Positions 49,969 to 59,554 of a stretch of 64,000 bases of DNA are shown here, one piece after another (position 1 is the stretch's first letter; each line of letters starts with the position of its first letter). The position numbers and the translations under genes were made by a program. The stretch is from Candidatus Freyarchaeum deiterrae (GTDB taxonomy: Archaea > Asgardarchaeota > Jordiarchaeia > Jordiarchaeales > Jordiarchaeaceae), in assembly GCA_037305845.1 (NCBI GenBank), contig CP147778.1, forward strand, positions 2,080,001 to 2,144,000, written 5' to 3'. The notes beneath the pieces were generated by a model, which was not told the DNA's origin, ran no database searches, and saw nothing but the letters and a program-made list of their open reading frames with translations.

Positions 49969-50130
49969 ACACACCTAGTAAAACACTTATTAGAACCCGT
50001 TTCTCTTCTATTTTTTATTTTTCAATTTTGGTTCTTCTTCATTCCATTTTTAAGCCCATTGAGCAAAAGTTTCCAAATTGAATTTTGTTAAAGATTTAAT
50101 TTAGATTTTTAAGAAAGAGGATGTATTATT

Positions 50131-50658
50131 TTATTTGAAGCGGACTTTGCCTACCGAGAAGATGTCTTCGGGTTTTAGTAGTGATATACCCGCCTGTTTT
50201 CCGATTATTTCCACTTGTAGAATCTTCTTTGGATTCTTCAGGTCTACCTTATTCCCGCTTATGTGTTTTGCTAAGCCTTCTATGATCTCTTGGGTATGGT
50301 GCTTGTTGTAGAATCGTTTGTTCACTGTCATCCTCCATGTTTCATTCTCTTTGATGCCTTCTGCAAGTTTTTTTACATTTTCTTCCATTTCTTCAAACTC
50401 TGATGATGACCAGCTATCTATGGGAATATAGTTATATGTGTTCCAAAAATTTTCAGGCTCTTCTCTGCACAACTGAGTGAGCTTTTTAGTTATTTCTCTA
50501 GGATCTAGAGATGTATGAATTAGAAAAATTCCCCTAGCTTGTGATCTTAAAAATTGTGTTTTTTCCTCCCCCACTTTACCCAAAACCTGTGAAACCTCTT
50601 CCTTAGACTCTCTTCTGTTCCGCATCTCAAAGGTAACAAGTAGGTTCGGTTTCTCCAT
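50131..50658 (-). CDS. THUMP domain RNA-binding protein
   Basis: ETWRMTVNKR, KVDLKNPKKILQVEIIG. Confidence 0.85.
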   Translation of the reverse strand: MEKPNLLVTFEMRNRRESKEEVSQVLGKVGEEKTQFLRSQARGIFLIHTSLDPREITKKLTQLCREEPENFWNTYNYIPIDSWSSSEFEEMEENVKKLAEGIKENETWRMTVNKRFYNKHHTQEIIEGLAKHISGNKVDLKNPKKILQVEIIGKQAGISLLKPEDIFSVGKVRFK

Positions 50659-50738
50659 CAAACTTCCTCCCACAAGAAATTTGAATCCAAAAAGACCATT
50701 TTAATGGGTGCATCAAAATTAGAGTCTACCAATTCTTA

Positions 50739-51683
50739 TTATATCTTCAGTATTTTCTTTGCGTTTTCTCCAAGGATTAATTTGACTTCCTCTTCGGTGA
50801 ATTTAAGATTGTATTCTTTTCCATCTTTGGGAAGTTTTTTAATCCAATTAACCCATTCATCCAGATTCATCATGGCGTTAGCGTACGGCCAATCGCTGCC
50901 AAAGAGTATCCTATTTTTGAAGGGAACTGCAAAGTTGAGTGGCAGGTCCATAAGCATTCTCAAATTATTCAGGAGAAACCTTGGAGCTCCGCGTGCGAGC
51001 ATTTGACCGGTGAAGGAGATCTCTGTGGAAATGCCTGACTTAAGGGACCCTATTTCCGCTAAAGTAAGAGCTCCGCTTATTCCACCCATGTGAGCAGCGA
51101 TTATTCTTAAGTCTGGAAAAGCTGTTTGAACATCGTCAAGGTGCATTGGATTATTGTATTTAACTTCAAAGGGTAAAAAAATCAAACCACAGTGAGAGAG
51201 CAGTGGCACATCCAGCTCTACACACTTCTCATAGAGCGAAAAACATACCGGGTCATTCGGATAATAACCTGCATCGGGATGAAACTTGAGTCCCCTCATT
51301 CCCCACTCTGTGACTCCCTTTTCAAGTAGTTCAACTGCCTTTTCTCCCCTACGCGGGTCGACGCCAACAAAACTGATGAGTTTATCGGGATACTCATCCG
51401 CAGCCCTGGCATGGTACAAATTCTGCTCTTCTATAGTCATCTTCGCCTTGCCAACCTTCAACTCAAAATCAACAGGCATAATCACCGCTTTATCAACGCC
51501 CGCCTTATCCATATCCTCAACAATCTTACCTGCATCTTGCTGCCAAAAATCCGGTATTGTATCCCTCAATACCTGCTCACTGGGGACGCCCAAATTTTTT
51601 GAGAGAGACTGTGCCAAAAGCTCCCAGTAAATATCAGGATAAAAATCTCTTTGGCTAAGATGACAATGTACATCAACTATCAT
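50739..51683 (-). CDS. Amidohydrolase_2 family metal-dependent hydrolase
   Basis: DVHCH, GLKFHP, AAHMG, ILFGSDWP, ILGENA. Confidence 0.88.
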   Translation of the reverse strand: MIVDVHCHLSQRDFYPDIYWELLAQSLSKNLGVPSEQVLRDTIPDFWQQDAGKIVEDMDKAGVDKAVIMPVDFELKVGKAKMTIEEQNLYHARAADEYPDKLISFVGVDPRRGEKAVELLEKGVTEWGMRGLKFHPDAGYYPNDPVCFSLYEKCVELDVPLLSHCGLIFLPFEVKYNNPMHLDDVQTAFPDLRIIAAHMGGISGALTLAEIGSLKSGISTEISFTGQMLARGAPRFLLNNLRMLMDLPLNFAVPFKNRILFGSDWPYANAMMNLDEWVNWIKKLPKDGKEYNLKFTEEEVKLILGENAKKILKI

Positions 51684-52000
51684 AAACTGACATCCAACCT
51701 AGCTACTTTTAATCCTTACGTTATACCACCACTCATAAAAAACCAGTTCGAAATAGAATTGCCATAAACATTTTTCGTATCAAATTAAATCAAAAGAGAA
51801 AAAAATATTCAGCCTTTTAGATTCTCTCAAACAGAGACACTGAAATATTTAAATAATAGTTCGAATAAACACTTTGAGGCACTCATTATGGAGCGAATAT
51901 GTGCTTCATCAAATAAGATATATATACTAAAACACCGAATTCATATAGAAAATTATTAATTGTTGATATCTATTTTAAAGAATTGGAGAGATGGAAAATT

Positions 52001-52837
52001 ATGAAAATAACACATAAAGATGGAAATTTCGAAGGCAAAAATGGAACAAAAATATACTACCAATTATGGAAACCAGACAAAGTAAAAGACGCAATGATAA
52101 TATCACACGGTTATGCAGAGTATTCAGGAAGATACCCTCATGTTGGGGATCACTTCGCCAATGAAGGAATAGCCGTCTACGCCTTGGATCACAGAGGACA
52201 CGGTCTTTCCGAAGGGCACCGTGGACATATAGATAGCTTCGACGATTACCTGGCGGATTTAGACACCTTCTTCGGAATAGTCAAAGGAATGGAGAAGGGA
52301 AAGAAAATTTTTCTTTTGGGGCACAGTATGGGTGGAACAATAGCCATAGCGTACGCACTAAAGCAGCCGAAAAAAATGAACGGCCTAATTCTATCCTCCC
52401 CTTGGTTAAAAACTGCTAGCCCGCCAGATCCAGAACTTGTAAAACAAATTGTGGCGCTTTCACAGAGTAACCCCACACAAGATTTACCAGCCCCAGTGGA
52501 GCCCAAAAACATATCACATGACCCCGTTGTTGTCAATGCTTATGACAAGGATCCCATGGTTTTTAGGACGCTTACTGCTAGATTCATCGTGGAGATCTTC
52601 ACCGCTTGTGAAAATGACATTAAGAACGCGGGTAAGCTGGTGGTTCCAACCCTGCATATGTACGCTGGAGCAGACAAAGTGGTGGATCCTGACGGCAGTA
52701 AAGAATTCGCTAAGGGAGTAAAGGAAAAAGACTATAAAGTGATAGTCTTCCCCGACTTCTACCACGAACTATTTAACGAAGTAGAAAAACAAAAAGTCTT
52801 CGATGCCGTGGACACTTGGCTAAAACCAAGACTCTAA
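52001..52837 (+). CDS. Alpha/beta hydrolase (lysophospholipase/monoglyceride lipase-like)
   Basis: HGYAEYSGRY, DHRGHG, GHSMGG, YHELFNE. Confidence 0.9.
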   Translation: MKITHKDGNFEGKNGTKIYYQLWKPDKVKDAMIISHGYAEYSGRYPHVGDHFANEGIAVYALDHRGHGLSEGHRGHIDSFDDYLADLDTFFGIVKGMEKGKKIFLLGHSMGGTIAIAYALKQPKKMNGLILSSPWLKTASPPDPELVKQIVALSQSNPTQDLPAPVEPKNISHDPVVVNAYDKDPMVFRTLTARFIVEIFTACENDIKNAGKLVVPTLHMYAGADKVVDPDGSKEFAKGVKEKDYKVIVFPDFYHELFNEVEKQKVFDAVDTWLKPRL

Positions 52838-53100
52838 ACAAAAACATAATTAGATTAAATTTATTCTCCTCTTTTTCTATTTTAAAAAATTCTAAAACAG
52901 AATAATAATATCTAAAATTATATATAACCTCAACACGCTAACCACAGTAGGCCTACCAACTTCAGAACTAAAATTAGTTGAGACCTCGATAAGGTTCCTC
53001 TTACCATCTTCATAAATCCTATGAAACCTCATAGGTTAATAGTTAAAGAAAGACTTAAATAATTTTAAAATGAATTCTAAAAGATAGGTGGGTAAGCTTT

Positions 53101-54294
53101 ATGTCAATAGATCTTGTTTCTGTAGTAAAAACTCTTCTTCCCTTTGTAACGCCTCTAGTTACAGCCGTTGCAAAGTCTACCGCCACTTGGCTTTCTAAGA
53201 AATTTGGAGATAAAATTAAAGCGGGAAAACTGGAGCAAGACTTGATTAAGGCTGTTGATAAGGGAAGGATTGAAGACTTTATCAAGGAATATAAAAAGTA
53301 TCTCTCAGAGGAAGACATAAAGAGAATTCGTGCCATCGCAGGTCTCAGAGATTTATTTGATAAAGCGAAGCGAATTCTTGAATCTAAAAAATATACTATA
53401 GACGCCGCGAATACTTTCACGGATTTAGCAAAGACTCTAGAAGATGTCACAACAGGAATCTCTTTTGAAGAAGCGGGAATAAAAGCGATAAATGTTCTAG
53501 ACTCCGAGGTGAACGAGGAAATAGCCGTTACCAGCGAAGAGTATATTGTGGCTCTTCTCCTCAGGTTTGCTGCTGTAGTTTGGACACAGTTAGCAATGAA
53601 GTTGACGCCCTCTATGGAGGGTTGGGCATTAGAATATGACGCAAGCATAAAAGTTGTTTTGGCTCCACCAACATTAGCGCTAAATAGAGCAATGGCTGCA
53701 GAGGCTAAAGAGGAGCGCGACGACGAGGCTAAAAAGGCTGTAATGGGAGGGTCAGAGTTTCTAAAGTTCAGAGGAGACTATCTGAGCCTGATGCAGTTTT
53801 ATAGAGAAGGAATCGCTATTAGGAACCAATACCTTGAAGCAGTTTCATGTTTAAAGACAGCGCAATTAAAAGTCAGAGTGGTTCAGGGTAAACAGAAGAT
53901 ACACAAGCATATGACTCCAAGCCACCTAGACGGTTTGGTTTCAGGTTTCAGAGGAGAGGCTCAGTTTTGGCAGTTTAATATCTCAGAAAATCTACCTCAA
54001 TTAGCTGAAACCGTTATAAACTTCTACAATAACAATCAACAAGGTACAAAGAAATACTTACAAGAACACCTCGAAGTTTCGAAGGAAGAGTTCAACGAAT
54101 TCTTAGACTGCTTGAACCTATACCAAAACACAAGAGACGGCTTCGCTGGAGCCCTCAAACTATACAAATACGCCGCAGAAAAATGCACACCCGGAAAAGA
54201 CATGGATATGATACAAGGTAGAATCGTCGAAACGCAGAAGCGTGCTTCAAATAATCCCAAAGTACTCGTCCCAGATTCCAAACCAATCCTATAA
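53101..54294 (+). CDS. Hypothetical, probably helical, protein
   Basis: 397-aa ORF with an upstream AGGTGGG SD; no recognised motif. Confidence 0.7.
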   Translation: MSIDLVSVVKTLLPFVTPLVTAVAKSTATWLSKKFGDKIKAGKLEQDLIKAVDKGRIEDFIKEYKKYLSEEDIKRIRAIAGLRDLFDKAKRILESKKYTIDAANTFTDLAKTLEDVTTGISFEEAGIKAINVLDSEVNEEIAVTSEEYIVALLLRFAAVVWTQLAMKLTPSMEGWALEYDASIKVVLAPPTLALNRAMAAEAKEERDDEAKKAVMGGSEFLKFRGDYLSLMQFYREGIAIRNQYLEAVSCLKTAQLKVRVVQGKQKIHKHMTPSHLDGLVSGFRGEAQFWQFNISENLPQLAETVINFYNNNQQGTKKYLQEHLEVSKEEFNEFLDCLNLYQNTRDGFAGALKLYKYAAEKCTPGKDMDMIQGRIVETQKRASNNPKVLVPDSKPIL

Positions 54295-54470
54295 CCCGCA
54301 CATTAAATAATATTATTTCAAGTGAAAGCTGAATCTCAAAAGCAAAATAAAAACATGTTTGATACCCATTAAATTAAGACTGAATAATAGCGCTGGAAAG
54401 CTGGTTTAGCGTTGCTTTAAAGAAAAGAGAGAATTGAGTTACTGGTTTATAAGGATACTTGCAATAATGC

Positions 54471-54953
54471 TCAAATTTCTGATTTACTTATTTTTTTGAT
54501 GTCTTTCCTAATTTTGTCGGCTATAATTTCTGCTATCTGTTCGATTAGGGGCTCTGTGTACTCTATTTCCGTGTTTGCAACCTGTTTCTTCACTTCTTCA
54601 AGTATTTTTGGTATGTCTTTCTCAGTGTGTTTGCAATGGGTTAAAAACAGGGGAACCACAATTATTTTTTCTATACCGCTATCCGCGAGCTGCTTAATAG
54701 TATCTTGGATGCTCGGTGAGCAGAACTCTGAGTACCCTACCTCAACCTGCAGATCTAGCTTCTCTCTCACTCTCTTAGCAAGGTTCTCAGTTTCCAGTTT
54801 GTGAGGATCATTTATACCGTCTGTGTTTCGGGGCAGTTTTCTAGCCATTTCGGATATTTTCTCCATCATTTCTTCGCCTTTTCCCATCTCGTAGTCTAAT
54901 GGGATGTCTCCATGGGCAGCTATGACAACTCCAACCTTCTTCACATTTATCAC
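54471..54953 (-). CDS. Sirohydrochlorin chelatase (CbiX, short form)
   Basis: AAHG, GYSEFCSPSI, VVPLFL..KHTEKDIP. Confidence 0.8.
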   Translation of the reverse strand: MINVKKVGVVIAAHGDIPLDYEMGKGEEMMEKISEMARKLPRNTDGINDPHKLETENLAKRVREKLDLQVEVGYSEFCSPSIQDTIKQLADSGIEKIIVVPLFLTHCKHTEKDIPKILEEVKKQVANTEIEYTEPLIEQIAEIIADKIRKDIKKISKSEI

Positions 54954-55029
54954 CTTTTATTTTCCGATCAGCAGAGTTATCCTATGTTGAAACAAAGTTT
55001 ATAATATAGGTAAAAGCTTTTTAATAGTT

Positions 55030-56289
55030 ATGAGCGGGAGCACATTAAAAAATTATATGCATAAATTTATTGTGGATATCTGCGATAAAATAGGCCCTCG
55101 AGAATCTGGTGCTAAGGAAGAGGAACTCGCGGGAAATAGAATCGAAGAAGAATTAAAAAAATTCTGTGACGAGACGCATCAGGAGGAGTATACTAGTAGC
55201 CCTACCGCCTTTTTGGGTTTTATTAGATACGGGTCTATTATGATTATTTTTGGAATTGTCCTTTACTGGTTTTCTCTTTTAATTGACCTCGGATTGATTC
55301 GAAGTATCGGCAGTTTAGCTTTAGTTTCCTCTCTCATCGCTAGTATTCTTTCTGCTTTTACGGTTAGCTATTTTATCTTAGAAGTTATGCGCTACAGGGA
55401 ATTAGTGGACTTTGCTTTTCCGAAAAAGAGGTCTAAAAATGTTATCGGAACAATAAACCCCACAGGTAAAGCTAAGCACACCATCATCTTCGCCGGGCAT
55501 CATGACTCAGCTTACGAATTTAACATATTTTACCATCTAAAGACAATGGGCGCCGCAACCATTTTTATAGGATACGTTGGGTCAATAGTTTTTTGCATAG
55601 TTAGCATTTTGAAAACAATTTCCTATTACCTGACTTTACCGTTTGATTCAAGACTGCTTTTTATCGGGTTCGGAGTGTTCTTACTATTTTTAGCTCCTAT
55701 CGCTGCTATTTACATTTTCTTTCACAGCTATAAACCCGTACTAGGAGCCTTTGACAATTTATCAGCAGTAGCCGTAACACTAGGTATAGGTAAATATTTG
55801 TCCGAAAATAAAAACGACGCAAAAATCTATCCCAAACACACCCGCATTTACTTAATATCTTACGCAGGGGAAGAAGCGGGACTAAGGGGATCGAAACGCT
55901 ACGTTAAAGCCCACTATGAAGACTTGAAAAAAAACGAAACAATTCTAATCAATATGGACGGTATCGCGGCTAAGGACAATGTTATCATCATGAATAGGGA
56001 AACACTAATCGGGGCCAAACATAATCCGGAAATATGCGCAACATTACTGAAAATAGCTCAGGAACAAGGTATAAACGCTCATTTAGGCTCTTTGCCCTTC
56101 GGAGCGACTGACGCCGCAGCTTTCAGCCGTAAAAAACTGCTTGCAACAACAATTAGTTCTCAGGACTTCAGCCACCTTCCTCCATTTTATCACACAAGAC
56201 TTGATACGCCAGATGTGGTTGATAAAGAGGCCTTAGGACAAGTGTTACAAATTTGTTTGGGATACTTAAAATATATTGAAAGTTTATGA
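55030..56289 (+). CDS. M28-family metallopeptidase with transmembrane segments
   Basis: GHHDSA, GAFDNLSA, GEEAGLRGS, TDAAAF, YHTRLDT plus hydrophobic inserts. Confidence 0.85.
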   Translation: MSGSTLKNYMHKFIVDICDKIGPRESGAKEEELAGNRIEEELKKFCDETHQEEYTSSPTAFLGFIRYGSIMIIFGIVLYWFSLLIDLGLIRSIGSLALVSSLIASILSAFTVSYFILEVMRYRELVDFAFPKKRSKNVIGTINPTGKAKHTIIFAGHHDSAYEFNIFYHLKTMGAATIFIGYVGSIVFCIVSILKTISYYLTLPFDSRLLFIGFGVFLLFLAPIAAIYIFFHSYKPVLGAFDNLSAVAVTLGIGKYLSENKNDAKIYPKHTRIYLISYAGEEAGLRGSKRYVKAHYEDLKKNETILINMDGIAAKDNVIIMNRETLIGAKHNPEICATLLKIAQEQGINAHLGSLPFGATDAAAFSRKKLLATTISSQDFSHLPPFYHTRLDTPDVVDKEALGQVLQICLGYLKYIESL

Positions 56290-56425
56290 TTAGCTACACT
56301 TAATGTAATGATTGCAAGATGTTTCTTGAAAACTATCTGTAAGACGTAAGGAAATAGTGTTGTTAGTAGTTGACACACTTGATACGTTTCAAAGATTTTG
56401 AATGTTTGTGGTTTAAGCTTTAATA

Positions 56426-57475
56426 ATGGGATTAACTTTGGTGGGAGAAATGGTTATGAGTTGTATGTTGGAATCCCTGAAAAGCGAATTAATTGATCTA
56501 ATTTTATCAATGGGAGCCGTGGGAGCGAGAGTTGCTAATTTGAAGATGCTTGAGGGTCCACCTTCTGCAGACCCCACATATGTTCTACCCGAAGCACAAT
56601 CAGTTATAGCCTTCGCTGTACCCCTAGGGAAAGACTTTATACCCGACTACCTTGGAAAGGTAACACGCCTGACGTTTAGCAGAATCATGTATGAGAAGTA
56701 CCAACTCATAGGAGTCATCGGCCAGAAAATGGTAGAATATTTACAGCATAGGGGCTTTCGAGCAGTAAGCCCTCAGCCGAACGGTATATATCGGCCAACA
56801 AATCCCGGCTCCGGCTCTTTGGCTCCTGATTTTTCTCATAGGTATGCAGCCCTAGCATCCGGACTTGGCACATTGGGTTGGAGCGGAAACGTATTGATTA
56901 AAGGACATTGGGCAACGACATTTTTAGGTTCTGTTATAACCGATGCAATGCTTCCCTCAGACGCCCCCCTACAGGAACGGCTTTGCGATGATTGTAAGAT
57001 ATGCACTAAGGTGTGCCCCTTGGGATTTATACATCCAAAAGAACCACAAACAGTTATTCTTGGAGGCAGGGAGTATGTTTGCAGCAAGAGGGGAAACCAC
57101 CTACGCTGCGGCTTAGCCTGTGGGGGATATGTAGGAATAAGTCGTGATGGAAAATGGTCATCATGGGCCACTCTTCGATATAAAGTTCCTGAAGACGACA
57201 GTAAACTATTAGACATATTCACGCGTGCGGTGCAAGACCCTGCCTCTAAATATATTCGTAGGCACCTTTTCTATGGGGGCCAGGGTGTATTGGCCAGAAG
57301 CATTGAGGACACAAATCCTACCTGCTGTCACTGTGTTTTGGTTTGCAGCGGACCTAGGAAGGAACGAGAAAAACTACTAAAGAAACTACATTCTTCTGGT
57401 ATAGTTGTAAGATTAGAGGACGGAACGGAAAAGGCTGTTAAACCTGAGGAATTAGAAAATATTTTCACCGAATAA
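56426..57475 (+). CDS. Epoxyqueuosine reductase-like (QueG/RdhA superfamily) Fe-S protein
   Basis: FSHRYAALASGLGTLGWSG, LGSVIT, CDDCKICTKVCP; start may be 56450-56465. Confidence 0.75.
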   Translation: MGLTLVGEMVMSCMLESLKSELIDLILSMGAVGARVANLKMLEGPPSADPTYVLPEAQSVIAFAVPLGKDFIPDYLGKVTRLTFSRIMYEKYQLIGVIGQKMVEYLQHRGFRAVSPQPNGIYRPTNPGSGSLAPDFSHRYAALASGLGTLGWSGNVLIKGHWATTFLGSVITDAMLPSDAPLQERLCDDCKICTKVCPLGFIHPKEPQTVILGGREYVCSKRGNHLRCGLACGGYVGISRDGKWSSWATLRYKVPEDDSKLLDIFTRAVQDPASKYIRRHLFYGGQGVLARSIEDTNPTCCHCVLVCSGPRKEREKLLKKLHSSGIVVRLEDGTEKAVKPEELENIFTE

Positions 57476-57577
57476 AATTCAAATAATAGAATCAGCGAAC
57501 GCGAAGAAATCTAAAATATATTTTGGAAAATTTACTTTAAATTAGTTCAGATTCGAAAGAAAAGGATTGGAAAAGAA

Positions 57578-58825
57578 ATGGTTAAACAAAAAAACAAGGA
57601 ACCTCAGCCGTCACCCGTTTCTCCACAATATAAAGGTCTCGAGGAAGTATCCCCCAAAATTTACTGCATAAACACTTTTGGAAACGTAGGCTTTATTGTC
57701 ACAGATGAGGGAGTAGTGGTTGTTGATACCGCTATTCACCATTTTGGGGAAATGATCCGGAATGATATACGGAAGATTACTGACGCCCCGATTCACTCGG
57801 TGATTTACACTCATGGACATTACGACCACGCATTTGGTGTTTGGGCTTTATTAAAAGATGCTGAGGAGCGAGGAGACCCTAAACCCAGAATAATTGCCCA
57901 CGAGAATGTAGTTAGGCGGTTCAACAGATACCAGGAATTACAGAACCAACAGGAATTCATAAACCGGATCCAGTTCAGCGTTCCTGAGGGAATCAGCGCT
58001 GTTCCCAAAGAATATCATTACCCCGATGTAACTTACCATGACCGTTTCAGTTTCCGCCTCGGTGGCTTGACCTTTGAGCTCAGATCCGGAATGGGGGAAA
58101 CAGACGATGCTACTTGGGTTTGGATTCCTGAGAAACGAACTATCTTTTCCGGCGACTTTATCCTCTGGTCATTTCCCAATATAGGAAACCCCTTCAAGGT
58201 TCAACGTTATGAGACTGAATGGGCAGAAGCCTTAGAACAGATGGCTTCCCTACATCCAGACATTCTAGTCCCAGGACACGGCCCAGTTATTCGGGGCGAA
58301 GAAACTCAGAAGGTTTGCCTCAACACCGCTAGAGCTCTTCGCTATCTACACGAAGAGGTTGTTAAACGATTGAACCAAGGAGCTTGGATTGAGCAGATAC
58401 TAGATGAGGTAAAACTTCCCGAAGACTTGGCCAATGAGCCCTATTTGGCTCCCGTTTATGGATGCCCCACCTTCGTTATCCACGGCATACACAGACGCTA
58501 TGCAGGTTGGTACGACGGCAATCCTTCACATCTATATCCTTCTAAAACAACAGACATTGCCAAGGAAGTTGTAAACTTAGCCGGAGGACCAGAAGCATTG
58601 CTTAATCGTGCTAAGGCCTTAAAGGAAGCTGGGGAAATACAATTGGCTCTGCACCTAGTGGACTTCGTCCTAAACAACTCCGAAACTGCTAGTTTAAAGG
58701 ATGCCCACGAACTTAAAGCAGACTTGCTTCAAGCTAAAGCCGACGTAGAACCGAGCTTTATAGCCCGCAATATCCTTCTTAATGGTGCCAGTCGAGAGCG
58801 GCAAATTGCTCGTGAAGCAAAATAA
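57578..58825 (+). CDS. Alkyl/aryl sulfatase (SdsA1/BDS1-like MBL fold with dimerization domain)
   Basis: YTHGHYDH, GETDD, FPNIGNP, PGHG, YAGWYDGNP. Confidence 0.85.
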   Translation: MVKQKNKEPQPSPVSPQYKGLEEVSPKIYCINTFGNVGFIVTDEGVVVVDTAIHHFGEMIRNDIRKITDAPIHSVIYTHGHYDHAFGVWALLKDAEERGDPKPRIIAHENVVRRFNRYQELQNQQEFINRIQFSVPEGISAVPKEYHYPDVTYHDRFSFRLGGLTFELRSGMGETDDATWVWIPEKRTIFSGDFILWSFPNIGNPFKVQRYETEWAEALEQMASLHPDILVPGHGPVIRGEETQKVCLNTARALRYLHEEVVKRLNQGAWIEQILDEVKLPEDLANEPYLAPVYGCPTFVIHGIHRRYAGWYDGNPSHLYPSKTTDIAKEVVNLAGGPEALLNRAKALKEAGEIQLALHLVDFVLNNSETASLKDAHELKADLLQAKADVEPSFIARNILLNGASRERQIAREAK

Positions 58826-58980
58826 CCACCTGTTCTTTTAATGACTGTGGTACCTGATAAAGACGACGAGTTCGTGTATCTAAGAGATTTAAAAATTGTA
58901 GCTCATTGAGCAAGCTCATCTATTTTATGTGGGCACAATGTAATAATTATGTTTTTGTGGGTAAGGTTAACTAAATTTTT

Positions 58981-59200
58981 TTGGGTCTAAATAAGGGTAT
59001 GCCAGTCGAAGAAGCTTTTGAGGGAACCAACCTTGAGCACTTTCACAACCTCCCCAGATTCAAGGAGGTTAATGAAACAGTCTGGAGGGGACTCACCCCA
59101 AGAGTTCAAGTCCTCTCAGTCAGCATCCTGAGCCACATCCTTTTCATGGCCCGCATGATTCTCGAATCAGTAAAATCCCTGTGAACCATATGCCTCTTCT
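58981..59200 (+). pseudogene. Possible degenerate transposase C-terminal fragment
   Basis: EHFHN...WRGL..VQV.SVSILSHILF loosely resembles IS4/IS5-type C-termini; no terminal inverted repeats found. Confidence 0.25.
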
Positions 59201-59473
59201 TAGTGAAGACAGAAGACTGTTCGGTCTGCACCCCACTCAAGAAGAAGAGAAAAAAGCCCCACATTGTCCTACGCAAAATATACGTTTACTGCCTCCTGAG
59301 AGGTGAGATGAGAATCTTTCTCAGGTCGAGGATAGAAACTCTACATGTCCAAAACGTGCCACTCAGCCCAAAAAAAACATTATTACATCATGCCGAAAAA
59401 AATCAAAATACTTAAATCTGAGAAAAATATTATGTTTAAAAAACATATACTTAATTTCTAAATGATAACCACC

Positions 59474-59493
59474 GAATGAACAAATGTTCATTC
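59474..59493. promoter_or_regulatory. 20-bp palindrome GAATGAACA-AA-TGTTCATTC upstream of the glycyl radical enzyme
   Basis: Perfect 9-2-9 inverted repeat ~60 bp before ATG 59555. Confidence 0.6.
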
Positions 59494-59554
59494 AACCCTT
59501 CTAAACAATTCAAAAATCCGCTTTATATTAACAAAAAGGAGGAAGAGAAATTAT

